Counted from the whole stretch's first letter, positions 26,138 to 40,053 are shown. The stretch is DNA of 62,984 nt, filler included, from Rozella allomycis CSF55 (GCA_000442015.1; 17 parts of 17 records of this genome joined end to end with filler, not necessarily neighbours in it); one strand, 5' to 3'. The notes: generated from the sequence alone by a model not told the origin. Made by a program: numbers and translations.

Positions 26138-26433
26138 TGTTCCTTCAAAGCCAACGTTTCCCCATCCACACTCTGCACCACACCATCCTGGGTTCCAAAG
26201 ACAACCAGTCCCTAACCATCTCCCCTAACCAACACACATACCTCGCAATACTTCAAACAAGTGATACTCTGCCAAGTAGGCAGCTTGTCATTCAAAAATT
26301 TCGGTTCATCAGACAGTCGATTCTTGTCCTTCAAATAGTCAAACCTATTCACAAGATTATCCGCACCACCAGTATACACATACTTGTCTTCCCACAAACA
26401 CAATGTAGGTCCACTAATATGTGCAAACGACAT
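26138..26433 (-). CDS. CTF4: N-terminal WD40 repeats, likely Ctf4/Mcl1/WDHD1 (partial)
   Basis: FAHISGPTLCLW..YTGGADNLV resembles the first WD repeat of Mcl1/AND-1. Confidence 0.55.
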
Positions 26434-26475
26434 TCTGAAATTTCTCAAACATTTCCCGCCATTTTAAATCGGTTA

Positions 26476-27330
26476 ATGGAGGCCAAGAAACGCCTTCAGA
26501 ATGAACTGAGTGGATCCAGTATTCAAAATTATTTGCAGCCTTCAAAGGGAATCCGGTAAATATATGATGGAGTGTTGATAGGGATGATATCAGGCGGAAT
26601 GGCGGAACTCCAAAAAATCATGCGTCTGTAAATGTCAGGTATATAAAGGATCTCGAATCGAAAATTAAACAAGTAATTTTTTGTGTGGATTTTGAATGAG
26701 AATCGATTGAACAAGGAAAAGCAACAAGTTGAGCAACAGGCACAGATTGAAGCATCATCTGTTGCATTTAGACATGTAAATTCCAAAGTATATCAAGTAT
26801 GGATATTTTTGTTTGATGTTTGAAATCAGAAAGGAAAACTCCTAGCCCTGAAATGCTGCCTCTTCCAAATGTAATGTATTGTTTGGTTAATCAAAGGAAA
26901 TAAAGATAAATACACCAGGTCCTCAAAGGAAAATAAAATTGGGAGAGCTTCCGTCATAGTAAGTATGCCAAATTTGTTTGATAGTTTGATTGATAGGAAA
27001 CGAGAGCAATTGGAAGAAGAATTAAGGAAGAGGGAAAAGACTTTCGAAAAAAAGTAACAGGTTATGATTCATATTCAAAGTAAATATCCTGGAATGAAAT
27101 TGATTTCTGAAAAAGAAAGAGTCGAGACATTGGAATCACTAAGAGCTAGTAAAGTGCTTCATTTATTTCAAATAGATTTACAAGAATTGTTTAATGAATT
27201 GCGAACATTTCCAATAGCTTCAGATTCGAGGGCGGTGAAGTTAAAGAGGAATGAAATCGAAAAGAAAATAAAACAAGTCGAAGACGCCATCCATCTTTTT
27301 GATCAAACCAAAGTTTACGTTGCAATTTAA
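26476..27330 (+). CDS. Enkurin-domain protein (ENKD1-like), multi-exon
   Basis: PGMKLISEKERVETLESL..ELRTFP..EIEKKIKQVEDAIHLF..KVYV is the typical enkurin-domain C-terminus. Confidence 0.85.
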
Positions 27331-27444
27331 AATAAAATTTAATTGATTTTATAAACACTTGGTTTTAAATTGTTATGGAAATGGTTTACAGAATAGCTAA
27401 CTTAAAGTCTTTAAGATGAAGTCACTTCAATAAGAATTAAAATT

Positions 27445-30367
27445 CTATTTATTATGCTCTAAATTTCTCATGATGGATTCCGTAACAGTTTCCTTTGGTA
27501 GTAATTCCTTCAAAGATTCTTTTTGCACTTTATCACAGTTTTCTATCCGATTTTCTTTATATTTAATATGATCATTAATTTTAGTAATGAACTTGATCAA
27601 TTCTTTTAGCAAAACTTGTAACTCTTCTTGGCAGGTTCGCACAACCATGACTTGATGATCACTTAGTCGAATCATCTCATCGTGAAGAACCGTAAGACAG
27701 TTCAATAAAATTTGCAAATCTTCTAAAGGCATCGTGATTAAATCCGCATCAGGCATTAGAAAGCTTTTATAAGTTTTATAAAACCTTTGCATGTGTGTGT
27801 CGAATTCAGATCGTAAATGTTTCAGTTGCAAATGATCATTGATTTTTAGCTGTAAAGCATGCTTCAAAGACATTATCTTTCTGGTTTTACTTTCATGGGC
27901 TATTCTCGCTTCTCGCCTAATGGCGTTTGTGTGGATTCTCGTGTTGATATCATCTTTTTCATCAAACAAGGGTTCAATGTCTCTGCCTTTAACAAAATAA
28001 TCAGGATTTAGTTTTATGGGAAAAGTTTCATAGCAATAAGAAGTTGAATCTAGGCCGCTATGATTAACTTGCAACGCATAAAATGTTTCATTAATACCAA
28101 AGCTTGCATCATCAAGAAAGGGCGTGCTACTCTTGGACAATCTCCACTTGGATCTATTCTTCTTCTCTTTGATTTTTTCATAAAAATACAAGCTTTTGTA
28201 ATCATTTTCCATATTTACGGAATGCTCATAAGCAAATTGAGAAAACATTTGTGTGTCTAATAACGTAGACATAAAACGGGTTTCATTCTTGTCACAGCTG
28301 GAAAGAAATTCCGTCTTTTTAAAATAATCATCTGTTGAGCGACTCCAAGGATCATTCATAACGTTCGCGTCATGTTGAACTTGTACATATGGTTTAAAGG
28401 AATAAAATAGCGATGTGAAAACTTTAAGAAAGGAACTTTCAATTAAGTCTTCCTTGAAAACGGAATAGCATGGATAAACAAGAGAAGAAACACAATTTTC
28501 ATGAATTGTTAATGGGCAATTTACACATTGCATTAAATTATCATCTTTAATTGGATGTCTGCATATATGGCAATCAGACGTACTGTTTATCTCTGATTGT
28601 GGTTTAACTACAAGAGTATGCTCTTCTTTTGTCATTTTAGGGGTGACAATTCTAGTATTTTCACCAATCAATGGTGTCTGTGTGGTAGTTGTTGACTTGT
28701 TTGAAGACTTGAAAAAGTTTTTCGTTTTAGAAAGTAATTTACTTGTCACTCCAATTTTCTTTTGAGAAATTTCAGAAATGGAAACAGTGCTATCAGTGGA
28801 CAGTCTTCGCTGTGAAATTGACGACCTGTCAATCGAAGAAACAACATGAGATGAAAATGTAGATTCTGAATCAATCGAGTACAGATCGTCCGGGTTGAGA
28901 ATTTTCTTATGATTAGAAACTTGTTCTAAATTGAACAAAGAAGGTTGTGGGGCAAAGAGACCGAAAGGAAAAGCATATTGAACGTACATTGGGATTCTCA
29001 ATCCAGCATGATGAATGTAAGGATGTGGAGAATGTGACAATGTAGAATATTTCTCTAACCGATTCAAAAGTTTTCTTCTCTGTTTGCCAGGTAATGGGAC
29101 AAATAAAATTGGTTGTAGAATCATATTGTGATCTAAATGTACCACTAAAACCTACGTTAATAAATATAAAATTTTCTTTACGTCATCAGGGAATATTGAA
29201 GGGAGACAATCATTTGCAATTCCTATTAGGAATGGCATAGGTGCTTCAATATAATTTAAAAGTGTCGCAGGAAGAATTGGAATGTAAACATATTGCCATG
29301 AAAAGGGAAATAAAAGAACTCTAAACGATTCACACGCAAAAAATAACATCGATAAACAACTCGATGTTAAAATCACTCTCTTCTCGTTTAGTAGCGCTTC
29401 AAAAATTGTAACAATAATGTCAGCATCAAGACATTTAAATAAAGGATGAAGTGAAAACTATTGAAGATTTTGAATGCCATTTACATCTTTAATAACAGGA
29501 TTTTTGTTAAGCGGNNNNNNNNNNNNNNNNAGCGGTGGTCGTTGAATCGAAAGTGGGGTACCTAGCCATTTAAATTCAACTTTGACTCTTCCACATGGCG
29601 GAGTCGGAATCTCTTCGATTAAATTTACTAAAAGCCTTTTTCTTTTTCTTTTGCTTTTTACCTTTCGATTGGAACATGCAAATTGTTCTTATTTAAAATT
29701 TCATTGACCAGCTTTGCCAAAACATCTTTCATTGTTCCATAATATGGCCACTTTGAAAACAAAGTTAATCCAAAAGGTTGCCAAACATCTTTCGAGACTT
29801 CAACAAACGCAGATTTATGAAATTTAGATACCAAGTTTTCGTAAAGAAATATTTCTTCATTCAACTCTTTTAAATCTTCATTTTCGTAAACTTTACTCCG
29901 CAGTTTATCCAACTGCATTTTCGCATGATAGCATACATCTCTATCTTCCACACTCATCGAATGGTCTCGCCAACCGTCACACATCTTTTGAAGCTGATTC
30001 GAATGTTCTTCAGACAATTTTTGATAAAATGTTAAACAAGTCCCATACATTTCTCCCCCACTCTCATCCGTTAATACAAAGGAGTGATACGTTGTGGCAG
30101 GTCTTTGTTTGCTATCAATAAACTTCAATCCATTCGGAAAACAAAACTATCAAAACAAAGAGTCTTTCTTACCATTGGAACAGAATTTGGCAATGCCTTT
30201 TCTTTCCCTGGGTAGCTCCATAGGAGTGAGATATCATACACACAGTCAGATATAGGATGTGGCGCGCTATCGATCGTTTTCTTCGTTATATCCAGAATCA
30301 AAGTCTCTAAATTTCCTTTCGGTGGGAGTGATATGAGAGCTATTTCACTGAAGGGCTTTGAAGTCAT
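27445..30367 (-). CDS. DENN-domain Rab GEF with an inserted C1 zinc finger
   Basis: uDENN HSFVLTDESG..YGTCL; DENN LLFPFSWQYVYIPILP..EAPMPFLIG; C1 CHIC..CVNC..HENC; dDENN LLDTQMFSQF. Confidence 0.88.
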
Positions 30368-30617
30368 TTAAACCTAGCCACAACTTATGACATTGGAATA
30401 TCTCCGTGGGTTTATTTATAAGACCAAAACAATAATGTCTATTTTCTTGTTAAATAATTTGATATGAAAAAGAAGATAGATTACAACATCTAAATTTGGG
30501 GTNNNNNNNNNNNNNNNNNNNNNNNNNNNNNNNNNNNNNNNNNNNNTTAATTAATTAANNNNNNNNNNNNNNNNNNNNNNNNNNNNNNNNNNNNNNNNNN
30601 NNACCCAGGGAAGCCTT

Positions 30618-30715
30618 CGAAGGAAGAAATAGACATCCTCATCACTCATGGCTCATTCCTATGCCCTTGAAGTTTTGACGAAAAATTACTCATTAATGAT
30701 TAAATAGTTTTTTAA
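30618..30715. repeat. Dispersed ~90-nt repeat, also present inverted at about 32848-32934
   Basis: CGAAGGAAGAAATAGACATCCTCAT..GGCTCATTCCTATGCYCTTGAAGTTTTGA occurs on two different contigs. Confidence 0.85.
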
Positions 30716-31030
30716 TAAGTAAAAAAATTGTAACAACCACCAAGAAATTTATAATCTCGTTAATATTCTCAGTTAAAAGGTTAAATACTATTACTCAGTG
30801 TATAAAATACGCATAGTTTAAACTATTTTCCTTGTTGAGATGCCAACTATACCCTGGCAATTACCATTCTCTATGAAACTTTCAAGAATTATATTTAACA
30901 AAAGTAATTATGCTATTAATCTTTGAGAGGGTCTGGCCATACTTCACAGTCTCTTCTGAGTCTATTAAATACAGCTGCAAAGAACAATGCCAGTAATTAA
31001 CAAATCAAGCTAAAACTGATAGAATCCAAA

Positions 31031-31945
31031 ATGGACAAATCAATGTCTTCTTTATTTAAAGATTCTCAGATGAAAGATCAGTCTCTTCCAAAGCCCAAGA
31101 GGAGCTCTATAACTGAATTCAAGCAGATATTTTCAACAACAGGAACTTCTCATCATTTCAGAGCAGGTGCCAGTGAACCAAGCACCCCATTCGTCGATCA
31201 GGTAGCCAATTCTGTTACCAAAATGGGCCCTGCAGTAACCGAAGATGAGGCCAAGATGAGAAGGTTTGTGCCTATTGCTCCCATTCGTAGAGGAAAGAAG
31301 CGAAACAAAAGGGGATTGAAGCAAGATGATTATTATGTCGATGACTCGGAAAAGGGAGAGTTGCAAGACATGTACGTGAGCATTCGTCAAGTGACCCCTA
31401 TTTTTGAAGAATTGTGTGAAAAGCCTGAACCAAGTAATTCATGTCTTGGTCAAATGGGGCAAGAAAATTTGATTAAATTTGGCCAGATTGTAAAATAATT
31501 TGATGTTAATGAACAGGATATACCAGTGCAATACGATCAGGTTGAACGCTCATTGGAAGATGAATTTAATTTATTTACTACAAAAACAGATTTCAAACAA
31601 TTTAACAAGACAAATCCAAGCATTTTGCAAGCTGCCCACCTGCTTCAAGGCCCAAATAATTTTCTTCCTTATAAAGCTGAAGAGCTTGAGAGTGAAGAGA
31701 ATGAGAGAGAAATAACGCAATTAAGTTACGAGTCTATTTCTGGAGACTATTCAAGATATACGGATGTAAGATCACTTTTGCAAGATTGCCCAAGCATTGA
31801 TCCAGAAACAGATAAAGCAATGTTTGTAACTGCAAGTCTTGTGTCACAAAACTTTAAAATGCACCCTAGAATTAGAAAGAGGGTAGTTGATATTGTTTAT
31901 TCTGTTGCGAAAGAGGCTCATAAACGTCCGACCGCTAGTAAATAA
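31031..31945 (+). CDS. Hypothetical protein (two ORFs probably joined by an intron)
   Basis: Consecutive ORFs of 155 and 139 aa with coding-like composition and a basic NLS-like stretch RRGKKRNKR. Confidence 0.55.
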
Positions 31946-32071
31946 AAAGCTGCTTTATGGACTTTTTAATTNNNNNNNNNNNNNNNNNNNNNNNNNNNNN
32001 NNNNNNNNNNNNNNNTTAATTAATTAANNNNNNNNNNNNNNNNNNNNNNNNNNNNNNNNNNNNNNNNNNNN

Positions 32072-32284
32072 CTAAAGAAGTGCCTTCATTTTTAATAAAT
32101 TCAAAAGCCTTCTGTACCACATCCACTTTGCCCGCTATAAATCCATCGCCGAGGTACCGTGCGTTCAAATATAACTCCGGGCATCTTTACTTTACATTTT
32201 AAATTAACTCTTGCAAAACCAGTGAGAAAAGAAGAGGACCTAATGGATCACCTTGTTGAACTCCTTCTGCACTTAGAAAATGTC
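32072..32284 (-). pseudogene. Degenerate non-LTR retrotransposon RT fragment
   Basis: Manual translation HFLSAEGVQQGDPLGPLLFSLVLQELI*NVK*RCPELYLNARYLGDGFIAG: QGDPLGP motif, YLDD decayed to YLGD, two stops. Confidence 0.85.
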
Positions 32285-33033
32285 TTTGATTGATAGAGAG
32301 AAAAATGTCTTGATACCTCTTTAAATATAAAAATATAGTAAAACACAAAGCAATATCATTACTCTATTCTAATTTTGATCAAAATAAAGCAAAAAGTTGC
32401 ACAATGTGTAATTTAAATGTTACGGTACAAAAGATATTTTCGTAACGAGACGAATACGTACTATTTTTCCCTCAACCCCTTCGGCTTCAACTAAATAGAG
32501 CACTTTGATATTGTTTTTAAAACTTCAACGAGATATTGTCAATTCCACAGTCTCGTATCAAAAAGAGACCATGTGTAAGATTNAAATTTCAGCTGCAGCC
32601 AAGGAATCAATAGATGATTTCTCTAAAATTGAGTCATTTTTTCCTTGACAGTTGACAGCCTGTGGCTTGCCCCAAAATGTCACAGTCAGACTGACTTTTG
32701 CAGAAAGAATAACTAAAATGATTTGAATAAAGCTTTATATTTAAACTTCTTTTCAAAAATACTTAAAATGTCAATTTACGTTTTGATTTCGGCTTCGTCC
32801 AATGTTTCTTTTTTTATAAGTTAAAAAAAATTATTTAATGAGTAAAAGTTAAAAAAATTATTTAATGAGTTAATTTTTCTTCAAAACTTCAAGAGCATAG
32901 GAATGAGCCATGAGGATGTCTATTTCTTCCTTCGGTAAAATATTTGATTTTAGTTTCCTTTTTTTAATAAAAAATTTCATTAGGATTTAGGAATTAGGAT
33001 AAAGTCTAAAATATAAAAGTTTAATCTTGATGA

Positions 33034-33306
33034 TCATGATTGTAAATTTAGAAAAAGGCAAACNTTTGACGGTAAATCCAACTTGTGCCGTAAAAGTTTA
33101 GGGATATGGATGTACGCTTTGCAGCCGAAACTTCTTAAGTGTTTGATGTTAGGTATTCTCTTATACCAAAGTTCAAATGATGTTTTCCCTCCCAGTATTG
33201 GCTTGGCTATACGGTGCCAAGTGTTCACAGCTGTTTGTGCGGCTTCTGCCCAGTATATTTGCTGATGCCAACATGGCGCGTATGGATTCGAGTATAGTTC
33301 TGTTCT
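33034..33306 (-). mobile_element. Ty1/copia integrase C-terminal fragment (frameshifted)
   Basis: NRTILESIRAML / WAEAAQTAV..SFELW..PNIKHLRSFGCKAYIHIP..KLD; joined to the gypsy element across a single N. Confidence 0.85.
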
Positions 33307-33307
33307 N

Positions 33308-36300
33308 GTTGTGTTTATTGTCAAAATAATATTTCCCTTTTAATCTTGATTGCCTAACATTCTCTATTGCTCGTTCAGTATTTTCATTCACTTTACACAA
33401 TTGTTCTATTCTATTTGCTATTAAAACTTCTCTCGACAAAGGATAATTCCAATCATCTACATTCCATGTTATATATTCAAATTCAATCGNATTATGTCTA
33501 TTATCAAAATAATATTTCCCTTTCAATCTTGATTGCCTAACATTCTCTATTGCTCGTTCAGTATTTTCATTCACTTTACACAACTGTTCTATTCTATTTG
33601 CTATTAAAACTTCTATCGATATAGGATAATTCCAATCATCTACATTCCATGTTAAATATTCAAATTCAATTGGTAAATAAGCATCTCGACCAAACAAAGG
33701 TGAAAATCCAGTGCTTTTCTTAATGGTTATATTATCAGCCCAAATTGCAAACATCAAATATTCAGGCCCATTCCCTTTATTCTTTTCTCCTAACCAATGA
33801 GTTAAACCTTTAATAAATGATTGATGACCTTTTTCTACTACTCCATCAGACTGTGGATGAAAAGGTGTTGTGAATATTATTTTTATTCCATATTTCTCAG
33901 CTAATTTAACGACTGTTTCACTGTTTAATTCTCCTCTATCAGCAGTAATTATTCCAACCAAACCAAATCTACATATATACTTTAAAATGAATTTCGCAAC
34001 ATAAATTGACTTATTAGATCTTAATGCTTCTGCATCTACAAATCCTGTTAAATCATCTCTAGCATTAATTATATATTTGAATCCTCCTTTTCCAACAGGC
34101 ATACTCACTATATCAATATATATTCTTTGTAAAACAGTAAAAGATATTGAAGGATGAAGCAATTCTAATTCTTTTTTCTTTGAATATTTTTGACATTGCT
34201 CACATGTTGAAACAAAATATTCTACATCTTCTTTCATCAATTTCCAATAATACATCCTTTGAACTTTCTTTAAAGTGCCGAATATTCCTCTGTGTCCACC
34301 AACAATTCCATCATGCAATTCTTTTAATATTTTAACCTTTTCTGAATTAGAAGTAATAACCCTTTTTGGACAGTCAAGAGAATGCTTCGGTTTCCTAAAT
34401 AATTGATCATTTTTAACAACATAATTAAGACTTTTCTTTCTAATTATTTGAAATTCTTCTTCTGTCATATTATCATTTGGTTTAATCAAATACATCAAAT
34501 AAAACTTTATATTTTCCAATTCTTTATCATAATCACTTTTAACACAATAAACATTTATATCATGAACTTTCAACAGACAATTATCAGTTATCTCATCTAT
34601 ATCTTCTTCATCAGTTACTATTTCAACTTCAGTTTTCATTCTGGATAACGCGTCAGGAACTAAATGTTTTTACCAGGTATGTGCCTTATTTCAAAGTCAA
34701 AAGATTTAATAAATGCGATCCACCTAGCAACTGTAGCGTCAGGAAAATTTACAGAATTCAGCCAATAGATTAAAGATTGAGAATCCACTTCAATAATAAA
34801 TTTAGAACTATAAATATAAGGACGAAACTTTTTTAACATATGAATTAATGCCAAACATTCTTTTCTAACTGAAGACAATTTCAATTCTCTATCATTAAAC
34901 ACACGAGATTCAAAACGTATAGGATATCTTTTACCATCAGGTTTCATTTGTTCAAGTGATCCCCCAGCAGCATAAAAAGAAGCATCTGCTGTGATGATTA
35001 ATGGTCTATTCTTAATATCATCATAATCCGCATTTTTCAAACATAAATCGGAACATAATATCTCTTTACATTTATTAAATAATTCTGTATGCTTTTCCGT
35101 CCAATCAAAAAAACTTGTTTTCTTTAATAATTGATACATAGGTGCTGTTAATTCTCCAAATCTTTCAACAAAAATTCTATATTGAGAAATCAATCCTAAA
35201 AATCCTCTTAATTCTGATGCTGATTTCGGTATATGCCAATTCAATATCTTATTAATCTTATTTGATTCTAATTGTCTGCCTTTTTCATTACACTTAAATC
35301 CAACAACATTTATCTCTGGTACTAAAAACCTGCATTTTTCTCCTGAAATGGTAATATGTGCATCTAAAAGAATTTGTAATATTTTGATTATGTCTTGTAT
35401 GTGATCATATATAAATTTCCTAATACCATTTTCTAAAATTGTTTCATCTTTAAAAATACTTCCTTTCACTCCCATATCATCAATAAAAATGTTAAGGATC
35501 TCTGGAATCAATTCAAATAATAATCTTTGTAACGCTCTCTGGAATTCTGCCACTGAATTTGTATGTCCTTGCATTAAACATGTCATTCTTACTAGCCCTA
35601 TTGGAGTGTTAAACGCAGTCATATCACGACATCGAATATCTAAAGGAAGTTGATCGTAACCTGAAAACATGTCCAAAATTGAATAAACACATCGACCAGC
35701 AAAAGATTCAGCAAAGAAATCAGAGTTAGGTGGCTGATTACAGTCTCGGATAGTTACTTTATTTAGTTGTTCTACTGATTCTATCAATCTCAATTTTCCA
35801 TTTTTCTTTCTAAATACAAACCATGGATTAGAGTAAGGACTATTACACCATTCAATCACTCCAGATTCTAACTTTTGTTTCAATAGTTCTATCACTTCCT
35901 CCTCATCTTTTGCTACATATTGTGAAGATTTTAATTTCCATGGAATATGGTCAATTGTTGAAATATATACTGGTGGAATTAACTCTGGATTCATACGTCC
36001 TTTATGACTTTCTTCAAAAGCAAAAACTTTATCAAAAGGTTTCAAAATTTCTTTAAAATATTCTTTTTCATTTGGTAACAACAAACTTGATGATGCTAAC
36101 ATATTTAATCTTTCTTCTGTTAATCTCGGAGGTTCTTTATTCCATCGATCAAGCATTTGTTTTTGTATATTCTTTTCAAATTCAATAGGATCTTCATTAG
36201 TAAATAATGCTTTTGCCACTGGTTTAATCTTTTTATTGACAGGTTTATATTGTTTTGATTGTGTACCTTCTCGAATCTTTCGTTGATAATAACAAATGGA

Positions 36301-38398
36301 ATTATACAAAGCATAGGAATTAACTTTGTTTATTGATCTTGTTGCAAGGTTTTGAGCGGATGTTACATTTCTAGGATTAGATGCATGACTAGCACAATAT
36401 TCAGCTTCTTTATCGTTATGAGGAGATCTTATTCTTATCCATAAACTCCCGTCGCTTTCATTACTATATTGNGGGATTAGATGCATGGCTAGCGCAATAT
36501 TCAGCTTCTTTATCGTTTTGGGGAGATCTTATTCTTATCCATAAACTCCCGTCGCTTTCATTACTATATTGTGCGCGAACTAATCTTTCCCAAGGACGAC
36601 CAAGAAGTACTTCAAATTCAGCTGTGTCAATAACAAACATGGGAACAGTGACTGTAATACTATGGATGGTAATAGGACATTCATGAATAACTCCGATCAT
36701 TGTTGTTTTACTAGCATTTGCATTTCTCATCACCCAATTTATTGATCTATCAATACCTAATGATAATTTATTAAAAATAAATTCAGACATAACACAAACC
36801 TCAGAACCACTGTCATGTATGCAATCTACATTTATCTTATTAATTAGCGCTTCCACATGACCAACAGCTACAGAATACATAACAGGTAACTCATTTTTAT
36901 CTTTGTTAAAATATCTAACATTATTTTCAATAGGAACCCTTTTTAATTTTAATGTTTCTTCCAATGCCTTCCTTAATTCATTGGAATTTGCAATTATTTC
37001 TTTTATAGGCAATTCAACTTTAGTCTCTAAAATATCATTAATAATCTTTTCATGGTTTTTTGATTCACTTAATTTGCTTTCCACTGACGAATGTTTTTCC
37101 TTTTTAATGCGAATTTTGCTTGATGGTAAAGTAATATCTTCAATTTTATTTTCATTTTGCAAAGGTTGTTCAAGTTTTTTCTTATTTTCAGGTTTAATAT
37201 TCATACGTTCTGGAGATAAATTATGATCCTCTAAAACTTCATTTTCATTAATACTTTCATTAGTTTGTTCTTTTAACTTTTTATGTGGGTTTTCTTCATC
37301 ATTATCATTTATAATATCAGCTTCTTTTTCAGTTCTTTTCACAAACACTTCTGCTACATAATCTTCTTTATACTGAGCTGGAATAGATGGAACATCAATT
37401 TTAAAGAAATTGACTCTTGGATTATTCGGATTTGGATAATTTAAGGTTGATTTTATACCTCCAGCATTTATTCGTAATCTTAACCTGTTTCCCCTTAAAT
37501 CACAAATAAGACCATTATCATCTAACTTAACAATATTNGGATAATTTAAAGTTGATTTTATACCCCATGCATTAATTCTTAATCTTAACCTATTTCCCCT
37601 TAAATCACAAATAAGACCATTATCATCTAACTGAACATTATTCTGACGGACGGCATCTTTTAATTCATCACAATCCCTCGAGAAATGATTCCTAGAGTCA
37701 CAAAAATAACAAACCTGATTTATATCATCTCTTTTTACCTCTTTCTTTTCATCCTTATCCTTACGTAATTGAGAGATCTCTAATTCAAGTTTCTCTAACT
37801 TCTTTAAAATTAAATTATCCTCATTTTCTTCTACTGACGTCTTTAAAGATAAAGCAGCTACTTGAGACCTAAATTTACATTTCCTTTTATAATTTTCAAT
37901 AACAAACTGAGAAACTTCACTATAATTTTCTGTATCAATATGATGGGAATTCATGATTAAATTCGAAGTTTGTTCATCAATGCCTTTACAAAACATAATA
38001 ACTTTATTGACACCGTCCAAACGAATACTCGGATGAATATGTTCACACATATAATTAAATTCTCTTACATATTTAACTATTGACAACTGTTTCCTAAAAA
38101 GAATACTAAAATCATCTTCAGTAAATTTCTTTTGTATCCACTCATATCTCTCTATAAAGGATCGTTCAAAAAGCATCCAATCTCTGTGTTGATATCCATT
38201 TAGTTTCCGAATTTCTAATCCTAATACTTCATTTATTGCTAATTCTGGAACCACTTCTATTGTGTTGTTTAATTCTAAATTATTTAACTGATTGAACTTT
38301 TTCCACTTTTCTAAAAATGCCGAACAATTTTCTCCATCGAATTTTATCGGTTGAATTATTCCACGAATGTTCGCACCAATTTGTAAGATTTGGTCCAT
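33308..38398 (-). mobile_element. Ty3/gypsy LTR retrotransposon gag-pol (Gag-CCHC, protease, RT, RNase H, integrase); LTRs not in the contig
   Basis: CYFCDSRNHFSRDC knuckle; DSGSE protease; LDMFSGYDQ/FIDD RT; ADAS..DSQSL RNase H; HHCC plus DDE integrase after RT. 1-nt frameshift near 34665. Confidence 0.95.
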
Positions 38399-38521
38399 GT
38401 TGAATGTAAGAATTGAATAAGNNNNNNNNNNNNNNNNNNNNNNNNNNNNNNNNNNNNNNNNNNNNTTAATTAATTAANNNNNNNNNNNNNNNNNNNNNNN
38501 NNNNNNNNNNNNNNNNNNNNN

Positions 38522-39546
38522 AAGAATTTACCTTGTAGCCACAATAGACACAATCAACTTGATTGCAACCCTCATCTCTATTTATATAGATATGACAATT
38601 AGGACATGCTTTAGTATTGTTTATTTTCCATTTAATCATTTGTCGTTTCTCATAGTCAATTGTTCTCTTCCTCGAAATCGACTTCATATATTCTTCGCAT
38701 CCAATCTCCCGGTGCTCAGAACAAAAGCCACACTAATGAAACTTTTTCAAAAATTCTCATTACCTTTAAGCATAGTGTATTCTTGCAGTTTTTGCAATTG
38801 ATTTCAGGAAACTGATTTACATGTTTCAATTGCAGCTCCATTGAAACTCTTCTGTCGTATTCAAAACCGACGATATATTTTGAAACTTCTGCCAATAAAT
38901 TATAATCAATTTTAGGTCTTGTTAAGCATAATTTGCGTAACTCATACGGGCTATCAGAACGCTTAAAAAGTCGAAGAATCTCATATTCCTCTTGAAACAC
39001 TTCATACAATTTTTCCGCCATGCCATCAAGTAGCTCCNTCAAGTAGCTCCTCACGGTGCAATAGTACATGGCTGCTGAATATTTTGTTCAAATCAAGATC
39101 AGATGCAAGAAATTTCAAAAATTCATCAAATAATCTATCATTGATAATAGAAACACTTACAATTCCTTGCACATAGTTTGATGGATAGCGTAATTCTCAC
39201 TTCCACAGCAATCACAGTATCGGACAAAGAAATTCTTCTTGTCCCGGACTTTTATATATTTATCCATTGTATTTGCATTTAAGCACTGATTAAGCAGAAA
39301 TTAATCTGTTACAAAGACCCAACTAGTTGGATGCACTGATATCATGCACACAGGACATTTGATTTCACGGGTCACCATTCCCCAGGAACGATCTAAAATC
39401 TCGTTCACATACCTTATCAGATAGTACATGAATAGATACTTGTTGAAGCAAACAGAACAAAATTGATCGCGGCATGGACTCAACTGGATATCAAGCATTC
39501 GATCAAAGCAGATCGAACAACGCTCAACAAAATAGTCCATATTCAT
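38522..39546 (-). CDS. RBR (RING-IBR-RING) E3 ubiquitin ligase (3' partial)
   Basis: RING1 CSICFD..CRDQFCSVC..CPVC; RING2 TKACPNCHIYINRDEGCNQVDCVYC. Confidence 0.82.
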
Positions 39547-39606
39547 ACGTAATTGCAGGGGTAAATTAAATTATTCATAAATTCACAAATGATAAAGCTT
39601 AATCCT

Positions 39607-40053
39607 TTATTTTCTTTTTTGCCTCTTAGATTTTGGCTTGGCATATTTTTCTTCCAAATTTGACAGAAAAGAATCGAATTTATCTTCCTTGGAACTGTTT
39701 TTGCTTCTTATCAATGCGACTAATTCATCTTCGTTGTTAACTGTTGAAATACCAAGTTTCTTGGCGACTTCTTCGGCTTCTTTTGCCTCCTTTTCTATGT
39801 TTTTTCTTCTTTTCTGTAATTTTTCTTCTATATTCTTTTCAAAAGATCTGTATTTCTTCACTTTTCCTTCTTCAATGGCTTCATTAATAATGGCCTTGTA
39901 TCGATCAATTTGGCTTTCGTCACCAAAGAAAATCTCATCGATTATTCTAAGAATATCGCCTCTACAAGCGGTGTATATTCTAAGGAGGTCGCTTTTCTCT
40001 TCTTCAGAGCCAATATACTCTGTTTTGAATCTTTCAATCGCTTGGGCAGTAAG
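39607..40053 (-). CDS. DNAJC9: DnaJ subfamily C member 9, C-terminal part
   Basis: YIGSEEEKSDLLRIY..GDI.RII, EKEAKEAEEVAKKLG..LVALI, FDSFLSNLEEKYA. Confidence 0.85.
   Translation of the reverse strand, partial: LTAQAIERFKTEYIGSEEEKSDLLRIYTACRGDILRIIDEIFFGDESQIDRYKAIINEAIEEGKVKKYRSFEKNIEEKLQKRRKNIEKEAKEAEEVAKKLGISTVNNEDELVALIRSKNSSKEDKFDSFLSNLEEKYAKPKSKRQKRK

Noticed and set aside
33173-33330. Gypsy-copia hybrid integrase
   Set aside because: The join is at a single N (33307), a scaffolding break
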